This document shows, in pieces, positions 8,145 to 18,923 of a stretch of 64,000 nucleotides of DNA. This stretch comes from Christensenellaceae bacterium. GTDB lineage: Bacteria; Bacillota; Clostridia; Christensenellales; Borkfalkiaceae. Made by a program: the position numbers and the translations under genes. The notes beneath the pieces were generated by a model that was given only the letters and a program-made list of their open reading frames with translations, did not search any database and was not told the origin of the DNA. The stretch's first letter is position 1. Every line of letters starts with the position of its first letter. The stretch lies in assembly GCA_045598545.1 (NCBI GenBank), contig JAZLMI010000005.1, positions 7,665-71,664 on the forward strand. The letters are read 5' to 3'.

Positions 8145-9461
8145 TTATTTCAAAAATCCCTTATGATTTTTCATCATTATTTGAGATTGCAATGCTTGGT
8201 CGAATTCAAGAGCAACCGATACGACGATTAAAAGTCCGGTAGCACTGAAAACGTTAACTAAACTTCCATCGGAATAAATTGCTTTAAACACGAGTGAAGG
8301 AATAAGTGCAACGAGTGCTAAATATATAGCACCGAAAAGCGTAATTCTGTTTGCAACTCTCTTTAAGTAATCGGCAGTAGGCTTACCCGGACGAGTTCCC
8401 GGAATAAATCCGCCGTTACCTTGAATACTCTTACTGATATCGTCAGGATTAAACTGAATCTGATTATAGAAATAAGAGAAGAAAAGTATAAGTACGCATA
8501 AAACTACGGTATAGAGCCAAGAACCCGACCCCATATAAGTAGCCCACCAAGCGTAGAAATCACTGTTTGCAGTAGATAAACCAAACAAGTTGAATATAAG
8601 TTCGGGGAAAGAAAGAATAGCGAAAGCAAAAATCAAAGGCATAACTCCCGAAGCGTTAACTTTAATGGGGATATGCGTAGATTGTCCGCCGTACATTTTT
8701 CTACCCTTAACTTGTTTAGCATACTGAACCGGAATTTTTCTCTCTGCACCTTCAACGGTAACGATTGCACCGAAGATTAAAATAGCAACTACGATAAAAA
8801 TAATCAAAGCCCAAGTAGCGGTTTGTGCAGATTTCGGGTCAAACAAATCGGTTATAAGATTCAATATAGCAGTACCTGCAGTAGCGAGGATACCTGCGAA
8901 GATTAACAAAGATACGCCGTTAGAAACGCCATAGTCGGTAATTCTTTCGCCAATCCACATAGTAAGAGCAGCACCTGCGGTATAAACTATAACCAAAAAG
9001 GCATAACTCAAAAAGTCTAAAAATCCGCTATTTCCGTAAGTATTGAAAATCAAGTTGGTTTTAATAGAACCCTTAAAAGCGACTATAATACCTATTGCCT
9101 GAGCGATAGCGAGAATTAAAGTTAAAATTCTCGTATAATTATTTATTTTTCTTCTACCTTCTTCGCCTTGTTTTGAAAGTCTTTCCAAAGCAGGGATTCC
9201 GACTGATAAAAGTTGAATAATAATCGATGCGTTAATATAAGGTCCGATACCCATAGCGAAGAACGTACCGTTGGATAACGCTCCACCTGAAACAGCACTC
9301 ATAATTTCGAGGAACTTAAAGTTGCTTAAACCCTCGAAAATTCTTACGCCGGGAACCGGAATATAACAACCGAGTCTGTAAATAAATAACAATGCGATAG
9401 TTATAAGAATTTTACGTCTTACTTCCTTAATTTTAAACGCATTTACTATTGTTTGCCACAT
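8145..9461 (-). CDS. secY: Preprotein translocase subunit SecY
   Basis: 438 aa, 10-TM pattern, GI.PYI.ASII.QLL motif. Sits at the end of the spc operon. Confidence 0.97.
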   Translation of the reverse strand: MWQTIVNAFKIKEVRRKILITIALLFIYRLGCYIPVPGVRIFEGLSNFKFLEIMSAVSGGALSNGTFFAMGIGPYINASIIIQLLSVGIPALERLSKQGEEGRRKINNYTRILTLILAIAQAIGIIVAFKGSIKTNLIFNTYGNSGFLDFLSYAFLVIVYTAGAALTMWIGERITDYGVSNGVSLLIFAGILATAGTAILNLITDLFDPKSAQTATWALIIFIVVAILIFGAIVTVEGAERKIPVQYAKQVKGRKMYGGQSTHIPIKVNASGVMPLIFAFAILSFPELIFNLFGLSTANSDFYAWWATYMGSGSWLYTVVLCVLILFFSYFYNQIQFNPDDISKSIQGNGGFIPGTRPGKPTADYLKRVANRITLFGAIYLALVALIPSLVFKAIYSDGSLVNVFSATGLLIVVSVALEFDQALQSQIMMKNHKGFLK

Positions 9462-9483
9462 TTTGACCTCCTTAATTTAGGGG

Positions 9484-9930
9484 TTAAATTTGTTCTGCTT
9501 TTCCACCCGCTTTTTCAATCGCTTCTTTTGCGGAAGCAGAGAAAGCGGAAGCCTTTACCGTTAAAGCCTTGGTTAAAGTTCCGTTACCCAAAACTTTCAT
9601 ACCGATACTGTCTTTAACGAGTTTAATAAGTCCTTTTTCGTTAAGAGCGTTGATATCTACAACCGAATTAGCATCAAAAGATTCTAAAGCGGAAAGATTA
9701 ACGATACTATACGCCTTTCTGAAATGATTATTAAATCCACGTTTCGGAACACGTCTGATTAAAGGCATTTGACCGCCTTCAAATCCGGGACGAACACCGC
9801 CACCGCTACGTGCCCATTGACCTTTATGTCCTTTACCACTCGTTTTGCCGAGTCCGGAACCTATACCTCTGCCAAGTCTTTTCGCAGGAGTTACAGCACC
9901 TTTTTCGGGACTTAAATTTCCTAATCTCAT
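9484..9930 (-). CDS. rplO: 50S ribosomal protein L15
   Basis: [37 protein letters not shown]. Confidence 0.96.
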   Translation of the reverse strand: MRLGNLSPEKGAVTPAKRLGRGIGSGLGKTSGKGHKGQWARSGGGVRPGFEGGQMPLIRRVPKRGFNNHFRKAYSIVNLSALESFDANSVVDINALNEKGLIKLVKDSIGMKVLGNGTLTKALTVKASAFSASAKEAIEKAGGKAEQI

Positions 9931-9962
9931 AGTAATTACTCCTTAAATATAATAACGAAGAA

Positions 9963-10160
9963 TTAAATCTTCTCGACTTTTACAAGGTATTTAACCTTGT
10001 CAATCATACCGAGAACGGAAGCATTTTCGGGGAGTTCGTTAAAAGAACGAATTTTTGTAAGACCCAAAGCTTCGATAATCTTCTTATGTTGCGGTAAAAC
10101 CGCTATAGTACTCTTAACGAGAGTAACTCTTATTTTACCGGTTTTAACTTCTTTTGCCAT
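9963..10160 (-). CDS. rpmD: 50S ribosomal protein L30
   Basis: 65 aa. Motif like I.VTLVKS.I....H...I.ALGL.K. Lies between rpsE and rplO. Confidence 0.93.
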   Translation of the reverse strand: MAKEVKTGKIRVTLVKSTIAVLPQHKKIIEALGLTKIRSFNELPENASVLGMIDKVKYLVKVEKI

Positions 10161-10175
10161 AAAATCATGTCCTCC

Positions 10176-10697
10176 TTAACCGTTGACTTCGTCGGCAGAA
10201 ATGCCACGAATAGCAGCAATTTCTTCAACGTTTCTTAACGCTTTTAATCCTGCCAAAGCCGCTTTAACGCAGTTGATAGGATTGTTGGTTCCGTGAGATT
10301 TGGTTCTGATATCGGTAATACCTACCGCTTCCATAACCGAACGAACAGGACCGCCTGCAATAACGCCGGTACCTTCGCTAGCGGGTAACATTAAAACCGA
10401 ACCGCTTCCGAATTTTCCGAGTACTTCGTGAGGAATACTGGTTTTACATAAAGATACGGAAAACATATTTTTCTTTGCTCTAGCAGTAGCCTTATCTATA
10501 GCCGAAGGAACTTCGGTAGACTTGCCGAGAGCACAACCGATTTTGCCTGCACCGTCGCCAACTACAACGAACGCCGCAAATCTCATATTCTTACCACCTT
10601 TAACAACCTTGGTAACACGGTTAACTGCGATTAATTTTTTAACTAATCCGTCGTTTTCTTCTGCCCTTTTAGGTGCTTTCATATTATCTCTTGCCAT
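10176..10697 (-). CDS. rpsE: 30S ribosomal protein S5
   Basis: VNRV.KVVKGG...RF.A.VVVGD..G..G.G.GK..EVP.AI.KA. Confidence 0.97.
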   Translation of the reverse strand: MARDNMKAPKRAEENDGLVKKLIAVNRVTKVVKGGKNMRFAAFVVVGDGAGKIGCALGKSTEVPSAIDKATARAKKNMFSVSLCKTSIPHEVLGKFGSGSVLMLPASEGTGVIAGGPVRSVMEAVGITDIRTKSHGTNNPINCVKAALAGLKALRNVEEIAAIRGISADEVNG

Positions 10698-10718
10698 AAT
10701 AAATATCTCCTTGTTATA

Positions 10719-11087
10719 TTAGAATTGAAGTCCACCCTTTCTCGCACCGTCGGCAAGAGCCGAGACACGACCGGTGTAAAGATATCCGCCTCTGTCAAAA
10801 ACAACGACTTTAATCTTTTTCGACTTCGCTTTCTTCGCAAGGAGTTCGCCAACTGCGAACGCCTGTGCCTTTTTGTCCTTTCCTGCGAGAGAACCTTTGA
10901 GTTCTTTATCCAAGGTGGACGCTGTAACGAGAGTATTTCCCTTTACGTCGTCTATTAACTGAGCGTAAATGTGAGTAAGCGTTCTGTAAACAGAAAGTCT
11001 AGGTGCTTCAGCAGTACCTTTAATTTTAAGTCTTACTCTCTTATGTCTTCTTAATCTTTCTTGATTCTTATTGATTTTAGTAATCAT
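10719..11087 (-). CDS. rplR: 50S ribosomal protein L18
   Basis: R.RRH.R.R.K..GT...PRL.V.R...HIYAQ.IDD...TL..AST and FDRGGY.Y.GRV.ALAD.AR..GL.F. Confidence 0.96.
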   Translation of the reverse strand: MITKINKNQERLRRHKRVRLKIKGTAEAPRLSVYRTLTHIYAQLIDDVKGNTLVTASTLDKELKGSLAGKDKKAQAFAVGELLAKKAKSKKIKVVVFDRGGYLYTGRVSALADGARKGGLQF

Positions 11088-11181
11088 ACATATCTCCTAT
11101 TTAATCACTTTTCGAAGGTTACCCTTCACTCGGCAAACGTGCCAAATCAAAACGCACGTTCACTAAAAGCCTTTTAAATTA

Positions 11182-11760
11182 TTAACCTTTTGCACCTGCA
11201 GCTTTACCGACCTTTCTTTCGATGGTTTCGTCAGAATACTTAATTCCGTAACCGTGATAAGGTTCAGGTTCTCTGATGCCTCTTACCATTGCTGCGAATT
11301 GTCCGACTTTACCTTTATCGATACCGCTTATGGTGATTTCATTTTGAGAAGGACAATCAATAGTAATTCCGTCGATTTCTTCAATCTCTACGGGATGAGA
11401 AAATCCTACGTTCATAACTAATTTCTTGCCTTGCTTAGAAACCTTCCAACCTACGCCGTTTACTTCAAGACTCTTTTTGAATCCTTCGGTAACGCCTTTA
11501 ACCATATTCATAACAAGAGCTCTATATAAGCCGTGTTTTGCTCTGACAGGTCCTTCAACGTCTTTATCTTTCTTGGAAGAATCTGCTTTTAATTCAGCAA
11601 TTTCAAACTTCAATACGTTGCCTTCAATAGAAGGAACGATAACGGAATCATACGCTTCGGAAAGAGTTCCCTTAGGTCCTTTAACAGAGATTATATTGTC
11701 TTTGATTTCTACGGTTACACCTGCAGGTATAACTATTTGAGCATTTCCTATTCTAGACAT
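11182..11760 (-). CDS. rplF: 50S ribosomal protein L6 (with a short insertion)
   Basis: Starts MSRIG...I.IP.GV.V; ends EPY.G.GI.Y..E.I.RK.GK. 192 aa. Confidence 0.95.
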   Translation of the reverse strand: MSRIGNAQIVIPAGVTVEIKDNIISVKGPKGTLSEAYDSVIVPSIEGNVLKFEIAELKADSSKKDKDVEGPVRAKHGLYRALVMNMVKGVTEGFKKSLEVNGVGWKVSKQGKKLVMNVGFSHPVEIEEIDGITIDCPSQNEITISGIDKGKVGQFAAMVRGIREPEPYHGYGIKYSDETIERKVGKAAGAKG

Positions 11761-11774
11761 ATCTTAACCTCCTA

Positions 11775-12161
11775 TTACCAAACGTAGGCGAGAACTTCGC
11801 CACCTTGATGAACTTTTTTAGCGTCCTTACCGGTCATAATCCCCTTAGAAGTGGAAAGTATAGCAATTCCGAGTCCGCCTAAAACGGAAGGAACTTCTTC
11901 AGCCCCAACGTAAACACGTAAACCCGGTTTACTAACTCTTTTAAGTCCGGTAATAACTTTATTGTTTCCGTCATATTTCAAGGTGATTTGAATAGTACCT
12001 TGAACACCGTCTAATATTTCGACACCGGAGATATAACCTTCTTTCAAAAGAATATCAGCGATAGCCTTTTTAGTATTAGAAGCGGGAATTTCAACTTTTT
12101 CGTGCTTTGCAGAAATCGCATTTCTGATTCTGGTAAGCATATCCGCAATAACGTCTGTCAT
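11775..12161 (-). CDS. rpsH: 30S ribosomal protein S8
   Basis: [15 protein letters not shown]... ...[10 protein letters not shown] prefer the ATG at 12161, which has AGGAGG 7 nt upstream, over the TTG at 12182 used in the track. Confidence 0.95.
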   Translation of the reverse strand: MTDVIADMLTRIRNAISAKHEKVEIPASNTKKAIADILLKEGYISGVEILDGVQGTIQITLKYDGNNKVITGLKRVSKPGLRVYVGAEEVPSVLGGLGIAILSTSKGIMTGKDAKKVHQGGEVLAYVW

Positions 12162-12175
12162 ATTTTTCTCCTCCT

Positions 12176-12361
12176 TTACCAACTTGCCTTCTTAACGCCG
12201 GGAATCTGACCTTTATAAGCAAGATTCCTAAAGCATATACGACAAATTCCGTATTTTTTCAATACAGCGTGCGGACGACCGCAAATACTGCATCTGGTAT
12301 AGGCACGGGTAGAAAATTTAGCAGGTCTTTGCTGCTTATTTATCATTGATTTTTTAGCCAT
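12176..12361 (-). CDS. rpsN: 30S ribosomal protein S14 type Z (zinc-binding)
   Basis: 61 aa. CxxC...CxxC (CSICGRP...CRIC). Confidence 0.96.
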   Translation of the reverse strand: MAKKSMINKQQRPAKFSTRAYTRCSICGRPHAVLKKYGICRICFRNLAYKGQIPGVKKASW

Positions 12362-12378
12362 GTTTTAACTCCTTTTCC

Positions 12379-12972
12379 TTACTTTGTTGCGAAAGGCATT
12401 CCGAGAAGCCCTAAAAGTTCTCTTGCCTCTTCGTCGGTTTTAGCCGTAGTCGTAAAGCAAATATCAAATCCTCTGATTTTTTCTACTTGGTCGTAGGAGA
12501 TTTCAGGGAATATAAGTTGTTCTTTAACGCCCATAGCGTAATTTCCTCTTCCGTCGAAAGACTTTTTGGAAACACCTCTAAAGTCTCTAACTCTGGGAAG
12601 TGCTATCGAAACGAACTTATCGAAGAATTCATACATTCTCGTTCCTCTCAAAGTTACTTTCATACCGATACTTTGACCTTCCCTAACCTTGAAGTTAGCA
12701 ACGGACTTTTTAGCAACGGTTAAAATAGGTTTTTGACCGGAAATAAGTTTAAGTTCTTCTTGTGCAAGTTGAACGCTCTTACCGTTATCTTTTACGTCGC
12801 CGAGTCCGGAGTTAATAGTAATCTTTACGAGTTTAGGAACTTGGTTCACGTTTTTATAATTAAATTTCTTAATTAAAGCGGGAACTACGGTTTCCGTGTA
12901 AAGTTTTTTAATTCTGTTCGGAGTTTTCTCGGTTGCAACTGCCTTAGCAACCTGAGTCTTCTTTTCTGCCAT
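12379..12972 (-). CDS. rplE: 50S ribosomal protein L5 (N-terminally extended)
   Basis: The L5 core runs from [16 protein letters not shown] through FDGRGNY..G..EQ.IFPEI.YD. About 17 extra N-terminal residues. Confidence 0.95.
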   Translation of the reverse strand: MAEKKTQVAKAVATEKTPNRIKKLYTETVVPALIKKFNYKNVNQVPKLVKITINSGLGDVKDNGKSVQLAQEELKLISGQKPILTVAKKSVANFKVREGQSIGMKVTLRGTRMYEFFDKFVSIALPRVRDFRGVSKKSFDGRGNYAMGVKEQLIFPEISYDQVEKIRGFDICFTTTAKTDEEARELLGLLGMPFATK

Positions 12973-12986
12973 TTTTCAATCCTCCG

Positions 12987-13385
12987 TTATTTGGTTTCTG
13001 CGGTGTCCGCAGATTCTTTTTTAGTTTTCTTCTTTGCAACTTTCTTTTCTTCTTTTGCTTCTTTTACTTCTTTAGTTGCATCGAGTATTGCTCCGCACTT
13101 TTTACAAATACGAACCTTTTTACCGTTTTCTACCTTGAAGCCAACTCTCGTAGCCTTTCCGCAAGCGGAACAAACCACTAAAACGTTACTTGCATCGATA
13201 GGTCCGGATTGATTAACGATTTCGCTTACTTCTTGTGCGCTTCTTGCCTTTTTATGTTTCTTTTGAACGTTTACACCGTCGACAACTACCCTGTTCTGTT
13301 TGGGAAGAGCGACTAAAACTTTCGCAGTTTTACCTGCATCTTTACCGGTTAAAACTAAAACCGTATCGTTCTTTTTTATCTTCAT
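12987..13385 (-). CDS. rplX: 50S ribosomal protein L24 with a Cys4 motif and a Lys/Glu-rich C-terminal tail
   Basis: KOW region KKND.V.V..GKD.GK. The C-terminal half reads [27 protein letters not shown], plus a tail of about 30 aa. 132 aa versus about 103 aa typical. Confidence 0.93.
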   Translation of the reverse strand: [132 protein letters not shown]

Positions 13386-13396
13386 AACTCTTCTCC

Positions 13397-13765
13397 TTAT
13401 AAAACTTCGGGAGCAAGGGAAATAATACGCATATAGCCCTTATCTCCCAACTCTCTTGCAATGGGACCAAAAATACGAGTTCCTCTCGGTTCTTTTTGAG
13501 CGTCGATAATTACAGCGGCATTTTCGTCAAATCTAACGTAAGTACCGTCTTTACGTCTTACACCGTTAACGCTTCTTACGATAACCGCTTTAACAACTTC
13601 GCCCTTTTTAACGGTACCGCCGGGGGTAGCCGTCTTAACCGAAGCAACTATAATGTCGCCGATATTACCGGTTCTTCTGAAAGAGCCACCCAATACTCTT
13701 ATACACATCAATTCTTTTGCACCGGAATTGTCCGCTGCTTTAAGTCTACTCTGTGGTTGTATCAT
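13397..13765 (-). CDS. rplN: 50S ribosomal protein L14
   Basis: Starts MIQ..S.L..ADNSGAK; 122 aa. Confidence 0.97.
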   Translation of the reverse strand: MIQPQSRLKAADNSGAKELMCIRVLGGSFRRTGNIGDIIVASVKTATPGGTVKKGEVVKAVIVRSVNGVRRKDGTYVRFDENAAVIIDAQKEPRGTRIFGPIARELGDKGYMRIISLAPEVL

Positions 13766-13776
13766 AATGCTCCTCC

Positions 13777-14031
13777 TTACTTAGCCTTTTCGATAATCTC
13801 AGCAACTCTCCAATTTTTTTCTTTGGAAAGTTTTCTGGTTTCAACGATAAGAACCTTATCGCCTATTCCACACGAATTAGTTTCGTCGTGTGCCTTAAAC
13901 TTATGAGTTTTCTTAACGGTTTTCTTATACAAAGGATGTTTAAATCTTTCTTCTATTGCAACGACAACCGTTTTATCCATCTTATCGGAAACAACTATTC
14001 CGACTCTTTCTTTTCTTAAATTTCTTTCCAT
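13777..14031 (-). CDS. rpsQ: 30S ribosomal protein S17
   Basis: [12 protein letters not shown].....KHP.Y.K......K..AHDE.N. Confidence 0.96.
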   Translation of the reverse strand: MERNLRKERVGIVVSDKMDKTVVVAIEERFKHPLYKKTVKKTHKFKAHDETNSCGIGDKVLIVETRKLSKEKNWRVAEIIEKAK

Positions 14032-14033
14032 AA

Positions 14034-14240
14034 TTACTTACTCCTGTTTGACGCAAGTTCTCTTTCCCTTAAAATAGTCTTAACTTTTGCGATATCTTTT
14101 CTGCAAACGTTTATAGACGAAGGATTTTCGAGTTGTCCGATTGCGTGACGGAAACGAAGGTTAAACAATTCTTCGGAAAGTTCTTTAAGTTTACTATTCA
14201 ATTCATCCACGGTCAATTCGTGAAGTTCTTTGGTTTTCAT
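14034..14240 (-). CDS. rpmC: 50S ribosomal protein L29
   Basis: 68 aa. EL..L..EL.NLRF......L.N pattern. Confidence 0.94.
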   Translation of the reverse strand: MKTKELHELTVDELNSKLKELSEELFNLRFRHAIGQLENPSSINVCRKDIAKVKTILRERELASNRSK

Positions 14241-14686
14241 TAACCTTCACCGCCTTCTTGTTTAATTTCTTCGGCTATCGACTCTTTTTTAACAAACTTG
14301 GTTCTTACAGGAAGTTTATGTCCTGCAAGTCTCATAGCTTCTTTAGCCTGTTCTTCGGAGATACCTGCCATTTCGAACAAAACTCTGCCGGGTTTAACAA
14401 CCGCTACCCAGAATTCTACCGAACCTTTACCACTACCCATACGACTATCCGCAGGTTTTTTGGTTACAGGTTTATGAGGGAAGATATCAATCCAAACTTT
14501 ACCACCACGTTTAATAAATCTCGTCATTGCGACACGAGCCGCCTCAATTTGATTAGATTTAATCCAACCGGGGTCTAAAGCTACTAAACCGTACTCGCCG
14601 TACGCTATCTTATTACCTTTGGTACATTTACCGGTCATTCTGCCACGATGTACTCTTCTTCTTTTAACACGTTTAGGCATCAACAT
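14240..14686 (-). CDS. rplP: 50S ribosomal protein L16
   Basis: Starts MLMPKR.K.R..HRGRM.G; contains RMG.GKG....W.A.VKPG...FE. Confidence 0.97.
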   Translation of the reverse strand: MLMPKRVKRRRVHRGRMTGKCTKGNKIAYGEYGLVALDPGWIKSNQIEAARVAMTRFIKRGGKVWIDIFPHKPVTKKPADSRMGSGKGSVEFWVAVVKPGRVLFEMAGISEEQAKEAMRLAGHKLPVRTKFVKKESIAEEIKQEGGEG

Positions 14687-14688
14687 AA

Positions 14689-15357
14689 TTATTGCTCGCC
14701 TCCTTCAACAACTTTCTTTTTGGAAGCACCTATTATTTCGCTTTTGTATATCCAGCATTTAACACCGATAACACCAAAAGTGGTATGTGCTTCAGCTAGT
14801 CCGTATTCTATATCCGCTCTCAAAGTTTGAAGAGGAATAGAGCCTTCGTGGTAATGTTCGCTTCTTGCGATTTCAGCACCGTCAAGTCTTCCGCTCAAAC
14901 AAACTTTAATTCCCTTAATACCGCTTCTCATAGAACGAGAAATTGCTTGTTTCATAGCACGTCTGAAAGATACACGCTTTTCGAGTTGAGAAGCAATACT
15001 TTCAGCAACGAGTTGCGAATCAGCATCGGGTTTTTTAACTTCGGAAATATTTACGGAAATTTGTTTGCCCTTGCAAACTTTTGCAACTGACTTCTTAATA
15101 ACTTCTATTTCAGCACCTTGTTTTCCGATAAGAACACCGGGGCGAGCGGTAAAAATCGTAATAATGATTTTGTTCGCAGCCTTTTCGATTTCTATTTTAG
15201 AAATAGCGGCCTGATAATATTTTTTCTTTAAAAGTTCACGAATCTCATTATCTTCTTTAATGTTTGTGGCAAAATCTTTTTTACCTACGAACCAATGAGA
15301 ATCCCAATCTCTGATAACACCTATTCTTAAACCGTTAGGATTAACTTTTTGTCCCAT
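14689..15357 (-). CDS. rpsC: 30S ribosomal protein S3
   Basis: Starts MGQKV.P.G.R.G....W.S.W; KH domain; RL.GAEIAR.E...EG..PL.TLRA.I.Y. Confidence 0.97.
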   Translation of the reverse strand: MGQKVNPNGLRIGVIRDWDSHWFVGKKDFATNIKEDNEIRELLKKKYYQAAISKIEIEKAANKIIITIFTARPGVLIGKQGAEIEVIKKSVAKVCKGKQISVNISEVKKPDADSQLVAESIASQLEKRVSFRRAMKQAISRSMRSGIKGIKVCLSGRLDGAEIARSEHYHEGSIPLQTLRADIEYGLAEAHTTFGVIGVKCWIYKSEIIGASKKKVVEGGEQ

Positions 15358-15369
15358 AGCTATCCTCCT

Positions 15370-15756
15370 TTAAGCTCTTGCGTCCAGCACTATGGTAATG
15401 TGGCTGGTACGTTTCAAAATTCTGTATGCTCTGCCCTTACTTACGGGTTGAACTCTCTTTAAAGTCGGTCCCTGATCGGCATAACATTCAGCTACGAACA
15501 AATTGTCTTTGTTAAGTCCCATATTGTTTTCGGCATTTGCTCCTGCAGACATAAGAACTTTTCTAATGGGGTCAGATGCGGATTTCGGAGTATTTTCCAA
15601 AATAGCAACCGCTTCTTTATATCCCTTTCCTCTTATAACGTCGAGTACTATTCTTACTTTATAAGGAGAAATTCTTATATGCTTAGCAACAGCGTAAGGA
15701 CGTTTATCTTTCTTTTCCGCAATTCTAGCGGTTTTTTCTCTTAAATTCTTCGCCAT
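15370..15756 (-). CDS. rplV: 50S ribosomal protein L22
   Basis: I prefer the start at MAKNLREK (ATG 15756, AGGAGG 7 nt upstream). The longer track ORF would overlap rpsS. Core motif A.A..IRISP.K.R.V.D.IRGK. Confidence 0.94.
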   Translation of the reverse strand: MAKNLREKTARIAEKKDKRPYAVAKHIRISPYKVRIVLDVIRGKGYKEAVAILENTPKSASDPIRKVLMSAGANAENNMGLNKDNLFVAECYADQGPTLKRVQPVSKGRAYRILKRTSHITIVLDARA

Positions 15757-15766
15757 CGTGTGCCTC

Positions 15767-16045
15767 CTATCTAGCCTCGGTGGTTTTTTCTCCACCGTGT
15801 CCTTTAAAGGTTCTGGTCGGAGCAAATTCACCGAGTTTGCAACCTACCATATCTTCGGTTACGTATACGGGAACGTGCTTTCTTCCGTCATATACCGCAA
15901 TGGTATGTCCTACCATTTGCGGGAATATCGTAGAAGACCTAGACCAAGTTTTCAAAACTTTCTTTTCGTTCTTTTCGTTTAATTCTTCTATTCTCTTTAA
16001 GAGTTTAGGTTCCACATAAGGACCTTTTTTAACACTTCTACTCAT
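15767..16045 (-). CDS. rpsS: 30S ribosomal protein S19
   Basis: Starts MSRS.KKGP.V; contains V.NG......V.......[14 protein letters not shown]. Confidence 0.97.
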   Translation of the reverse strand: MSRSVKKGPYVEPKLLKRIEELNEKNEKKVLKTWSRSSTIFPQMVGHTIAVYDGRKHVPVYVTEDMVGCKLGEFAPTRTFKGHGGEKTTEAR

Positions 16046-16055
16046 GTTGTTCTCC

Positions 16056-16883
16056 TTAATTTATCCTTGTAATGATAAGTTTATTAGACGACTTCTTGTG
16101 TTTTCTCGTCTTATAACCCAAAGCAGGTTTACCCCAAGGAGTAACAGGCCCCGGCATACCGACAGGAGATTTTCCTTCGCCACCGCCGTGAGGGTGGTCG
16201 CACGGGTTCATAACGACACCACGTACGGTAGGACGAATACCTAAATATCTGGTTTTACCAGCCTTACCTATTCTTATGATTTCGTGTTCCAAATTTCCGA
16301 TTTGACCTATGGTTGCTTTGCAGGTTGCGAGGATATATCTCATTTCACCGCTGGGCATCTTTAAGGTAACGTACTTTTCATCACGAGCCATAATTTGAGC
16401 ACTCATACCTGCAGCTCTCGCAATTTGACCGCCTTTACCCGGTTGCATTTCTATGTTGTGAACCATAGTACCTACGGGAATATCTTTCAACTGTAATGCG
16501 TTACCGGCTTTTATATCTGCGGTTTCACCGGAAATAACGGTGTCGCCTGCTTTCAAGCCTACCGGAGCGAGAATATAAGTTTTCGTTCCGTCTGCATAAT
16601 ACAAAAGAGCGATGTTTGCACTACGGTTGGGGTCGTATTCAATACTCTTAACAGTAGCGGGAATTCCGTCCTTTGCTCTCTTGAAATCTATTATACGGTA
16701 TTTCTTTCTGTTACCACCGCCGATATGACGAACGGTAATCTTACCTTGAGAGTTTCTTCCGCCCGATTTTCTTTGGTCTTCTAACAAAGATTTTTCGGGT
16801 TTTACCTTATCTATTTCGTCATAAGCACTTACAGTCATAAAACGGCGAGCAGACGAAGTAGGTTTATATCTTTTTATAGCCAT
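16056..16883 (-). CDS. rplB: 50S ribosomal protein L2
   Basis: 275 aa. Contains GGGHKR-like [12 protein letters not shown] and [12 protein letters not shown]. Confidence 0.97.
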   Translation of the reverse strand: MAIKRYKPTSSARRFMTVSAYDEIDKVKPEKSLLEDQRKSGGRNSQGKITVRHIGGGNRKKYRIIDFKRAKDGIPATVKSIEYDPNRSANIALLYYADGTKTYILAPVGLKAGDTVISGETADIKAGNALQLKDIPVGTMVHNIEMQPGKGGQIARAAGMSAQIMARDEKYVTLKMPSGEMRYILATCKATIGQIGNLEHEIIRIGKAGKTRYLGIRPTVRGVVMNPCDHPHGGGEGKSPVGMPGPVTPWGKPALGYKTRKHKKSSNKLIITRIN

Positions 16884-16901
16884 CTTTCAGTTCCTCCAAT
16901 A

Positions 16902-17192
16902 TTAGGACAACGAATCGAAGAACTCAATAGACTTACTGTCCTTTTTGAGCATAACGATTGCTTTCTTGTAGTCGGGAGTATATCCCTCGTACTTTCCTTG
17001 TCTTTTAAGTTTGCCGTGAACGTTTGCAGTGTTCACTTTATCAACCTTAACCCCGAAAATTTCTTCTACGGCAAGTTTAATTTGCGTTTTGTTTGCGGAT
17101 TTGGCAACTATAAAGCAATATTTCTTGTCTTTTATTCCCGCATAACTTTTTTCGGAAAGAAGCGGTTTAATTATAATATCGTGTGCAGCCAT
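16902..17192 (-). CDS. rplW: 50S ribosomal protein L23
   Basis: 96 aa. I.KP..SEK pattern. Lies between rplD and rplB. Confidence 0.94.
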   Translation of the reverse strand: MAAHDIIIKPLLSEKSYAGIKDKKYCFIVAKSANKTQIKLAVEEIFGVKVDKVNTANVHGKLKRQGKYEGYTPDYKKAIVMLKKDSKSIEFFDSLS

Positions 17193-17818
17193 TATTCTCC
17201 GTAGACCTCCTTGATTAAATCAACAGCCTTTTTGGAAATGACTATTTTATTGTTCTTAACAACGTCGTAAGTGTTAATTTGGTCTACCGGAAGGGTAGAA
17301 ATTTCAGCGATGTTGGAAGAAGCTTTTAATACTGCTTCGTCGTTATTATCCATAACGATAAGAACACTCTTATCAAACTTGAACGCTTTCATAAAATTAG
17401 CCATTTCTTTTGTCTTAGGTTCAGAAACCTTAATGTCGTCGATAAATACGACTTCGTTATCTCTTATTTTCTGAGAAAGAGCCGAGAACAAAGCAATTTC
17501 TTTTGCTTTATAATTCATCTTCTTGGAGAAGTCTCTCGGCTTCGGAGCAAATACTACTCCGCCCTTAACGTATTGCGGGCTTCTTATAGAACCTTGTCTT
17601 GCTCTACCGGTACCTTTTTGACGGTAAGGTTTAGCACCACCGCCTCTTACTTCTGAACGAGTAAGAGTGCTTTTCGTACCTTGTCTTTCGTTGCAAAGTC
17701 TGGTTACTACTGCCTGATGAATAACAGACTCGTTATATTCTACATTGAACAAAGCGTCGGGTAAATCGATTTTGCCTACGACACTTGCCTTCATATCAAA
17801 TAATTTTACACTTGGCAT
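17192..17818 (-). CDS. rplD: 50S ribosomal protein L4
   Basis: R.G...T..R.EV.GGG.KP.RQKGTGRARQGS.RSPQ...GG..F.PKPR. Confidence 0.96.
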   Translation of the reverse strand: MPSVKLFDMKASVVGKIDLPDALFNVEYNESVIHQAVVTRLCNERQGTKSTLTRSEVRGGGAKPYRQKGTGRARQGSIRSPQYVKGGVVFAPKPRDFSKKMNYKAKEIALFSALSQKIRDNEVVFIDDIKVSEPKTKEMANFMKAFKFDKSVLIVMDNNDEAVLKASSNIAEISTLPVDQINTYDVVKNNKIVISKKAVDLIKEVYGE

Positions 17819-17829
17819 AATCTTTCTCC

Positions 17830-18462
17830 TTAAGCTTTAACGCTGTTACGAATAGTAACTATACCCTTTACAGGGCCCGGAACCGCACCTTTAACTAAGA
17901 TAACGTTTCTCTCTTTGTCGACTTTTACCACTTCCAAGTTCAAAACGGTTACGTTTTCGTGTCCGTATTGACCAGGCATCTTTTTATTTTTGAATACTCT
18001 CGAAGGAGAGCTGTTAGCACTCATAGAACCGACTTCTCTGTGTACAGGGCCGACACCGTGAGTTTCTTTTAATCTGTGATTGTTCCATCTTTTGATGACG
18101 CCGGAAAATCCATGACCTTTTGATACACCGGAGATATCTATCTTATCTCCTACTGTGAAGGTATCGCAAGAAATAATCGTTCCTACCGCCATGCTTTCAG
18201 CACCGTCGAGTTTGAATTCCTTCAAAACCTTTTGAGCACTTACACCTGCTTTCTTGAATAATCCTGCTTGGGGTTTATTCAAAGCCTTCTCGTCTACTGC
18301 GTCAAAACCTAATTTAACAGCAGAGTAGCCGTCTCTTTCCAAAGTTTTCACTTGAACGACCGGACAAGGACCCGCTTCTATTACGGTTACGGGGATAACT
18401 TTTCCGTCGGGAGAGAAAACCTGAGTCATACCTAACTTTCTACCAATGATTGCTTTATTCAT
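17830..18462 (-). CDS. rplC: 50S ribosomal protein L3
   Basis: G.K.GMTQ.F...G...PVTV.E..P and SKG.GF.G..KR....R...SHG. Confidence 0.96.
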   Translation of the reverse strand: MNKAIIGRKLGMTQVFSPDGKVIPVTVIEAGPCPVVQVKTLERDGYSAVKLGFDAVDEKALNKPQAGLFKKAGVSAQKVLKEFKLDGAESMAVGTIISCDTFTVGDKIDISGVSKGHGFSGVIKRWNNHRLKETHGVGPVHREVGSMSANSSPSRVFKNKKMPGQYGHENVTVLNLEVVKVDKERNVILVKGAVPGPVKGIVTIRNSVKA

Positions 18463-18499
18463 AGATAAAGTTCACCTCCATATTATATAATGTTTTTTA

Positions 18500-18799
18500 T
18501 TACAATTTAATTTTGATATCTACGCCTGCGGGAAGATGTATACTGTCTAACAACTTAACGTTGGGCGAATAAATATCTATAAGACTCTTGTGGGTTCTGT
18601 TTTCGAACTGTTCTCTCGCATCTTTATACTTGTGGGGAGAACGAAGAATAGTAACTATTTCTTTTTCCGTAGGAAGAGGAATAGGTCCCGAAATCTTTGC
18701 TCCTGCCGACACCATAGTCTCAACGATTCTAGCGGCTGCCGTATCTAACATTTCGCTGTCGTAAGACATAAGTTTAATTCTGATTTTTTGACTTGCCAT
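18500..18799 (-). CDS. rpsJ: 30S ribosomal protein S10
   Basis: QKIRIKL...D...LD........E.....[10 protein letters not shown]........RSPH..K..REQFE.R.H.RLIDI. Confidence 0.97.
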   Translation of the reverse strand: MASQKIRIKLMSYDSEMLDTAAARIVETMVSAGAKISGPIPLPTEKEIVTILRSPHKYKDAREQFENRTHKSLIDIYSPNVKLLDSIHLPAGVDIKIKL

Positions 18800-18876
18800 T
18801 GTTGTTTCTCCTTTTTACCTAACTTAATTTTTCTTGCTGTTGTAAACTCTGCCGTGTGTGTCGAGTTTTAGTAAAT

Positions 18877-18923
18877 AAAAAAATCATTCGCCGATACTTA
18901 AATTTTTAAGTCGCTGCGAATGA
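18877..18923 (-). terminator. Strong intrinsic terminator hairpin inside the S10 operon leader (candidate attenuator)
   Basis: On the minus strand: stem UCAUUCGC/GCGAAUGA (18923-18916 / 18891-18884) with an extended inner stem ACUUAA/UUAAGU, followed by U7 (A-run 18877-18883 on plus). It lies about 75 nt upstream of the rpsJ ATG and downstream of the promoter at 19053-19082. Confidence 0.6.

Noticed and set aside
15757-15831. N-terminally extended starts in the track for L22 (15831), S8 (12182), IleRS (33563), Upp (57625), uracil permease (59057) and the 655-aa protein (28079).
   Set aside because: In every case an internal ATG is preceded by a strong SD at 7-13 nt. The extension also either overlaps the upstream gene or a promoter, or adds residues absent from the family N-terminus.
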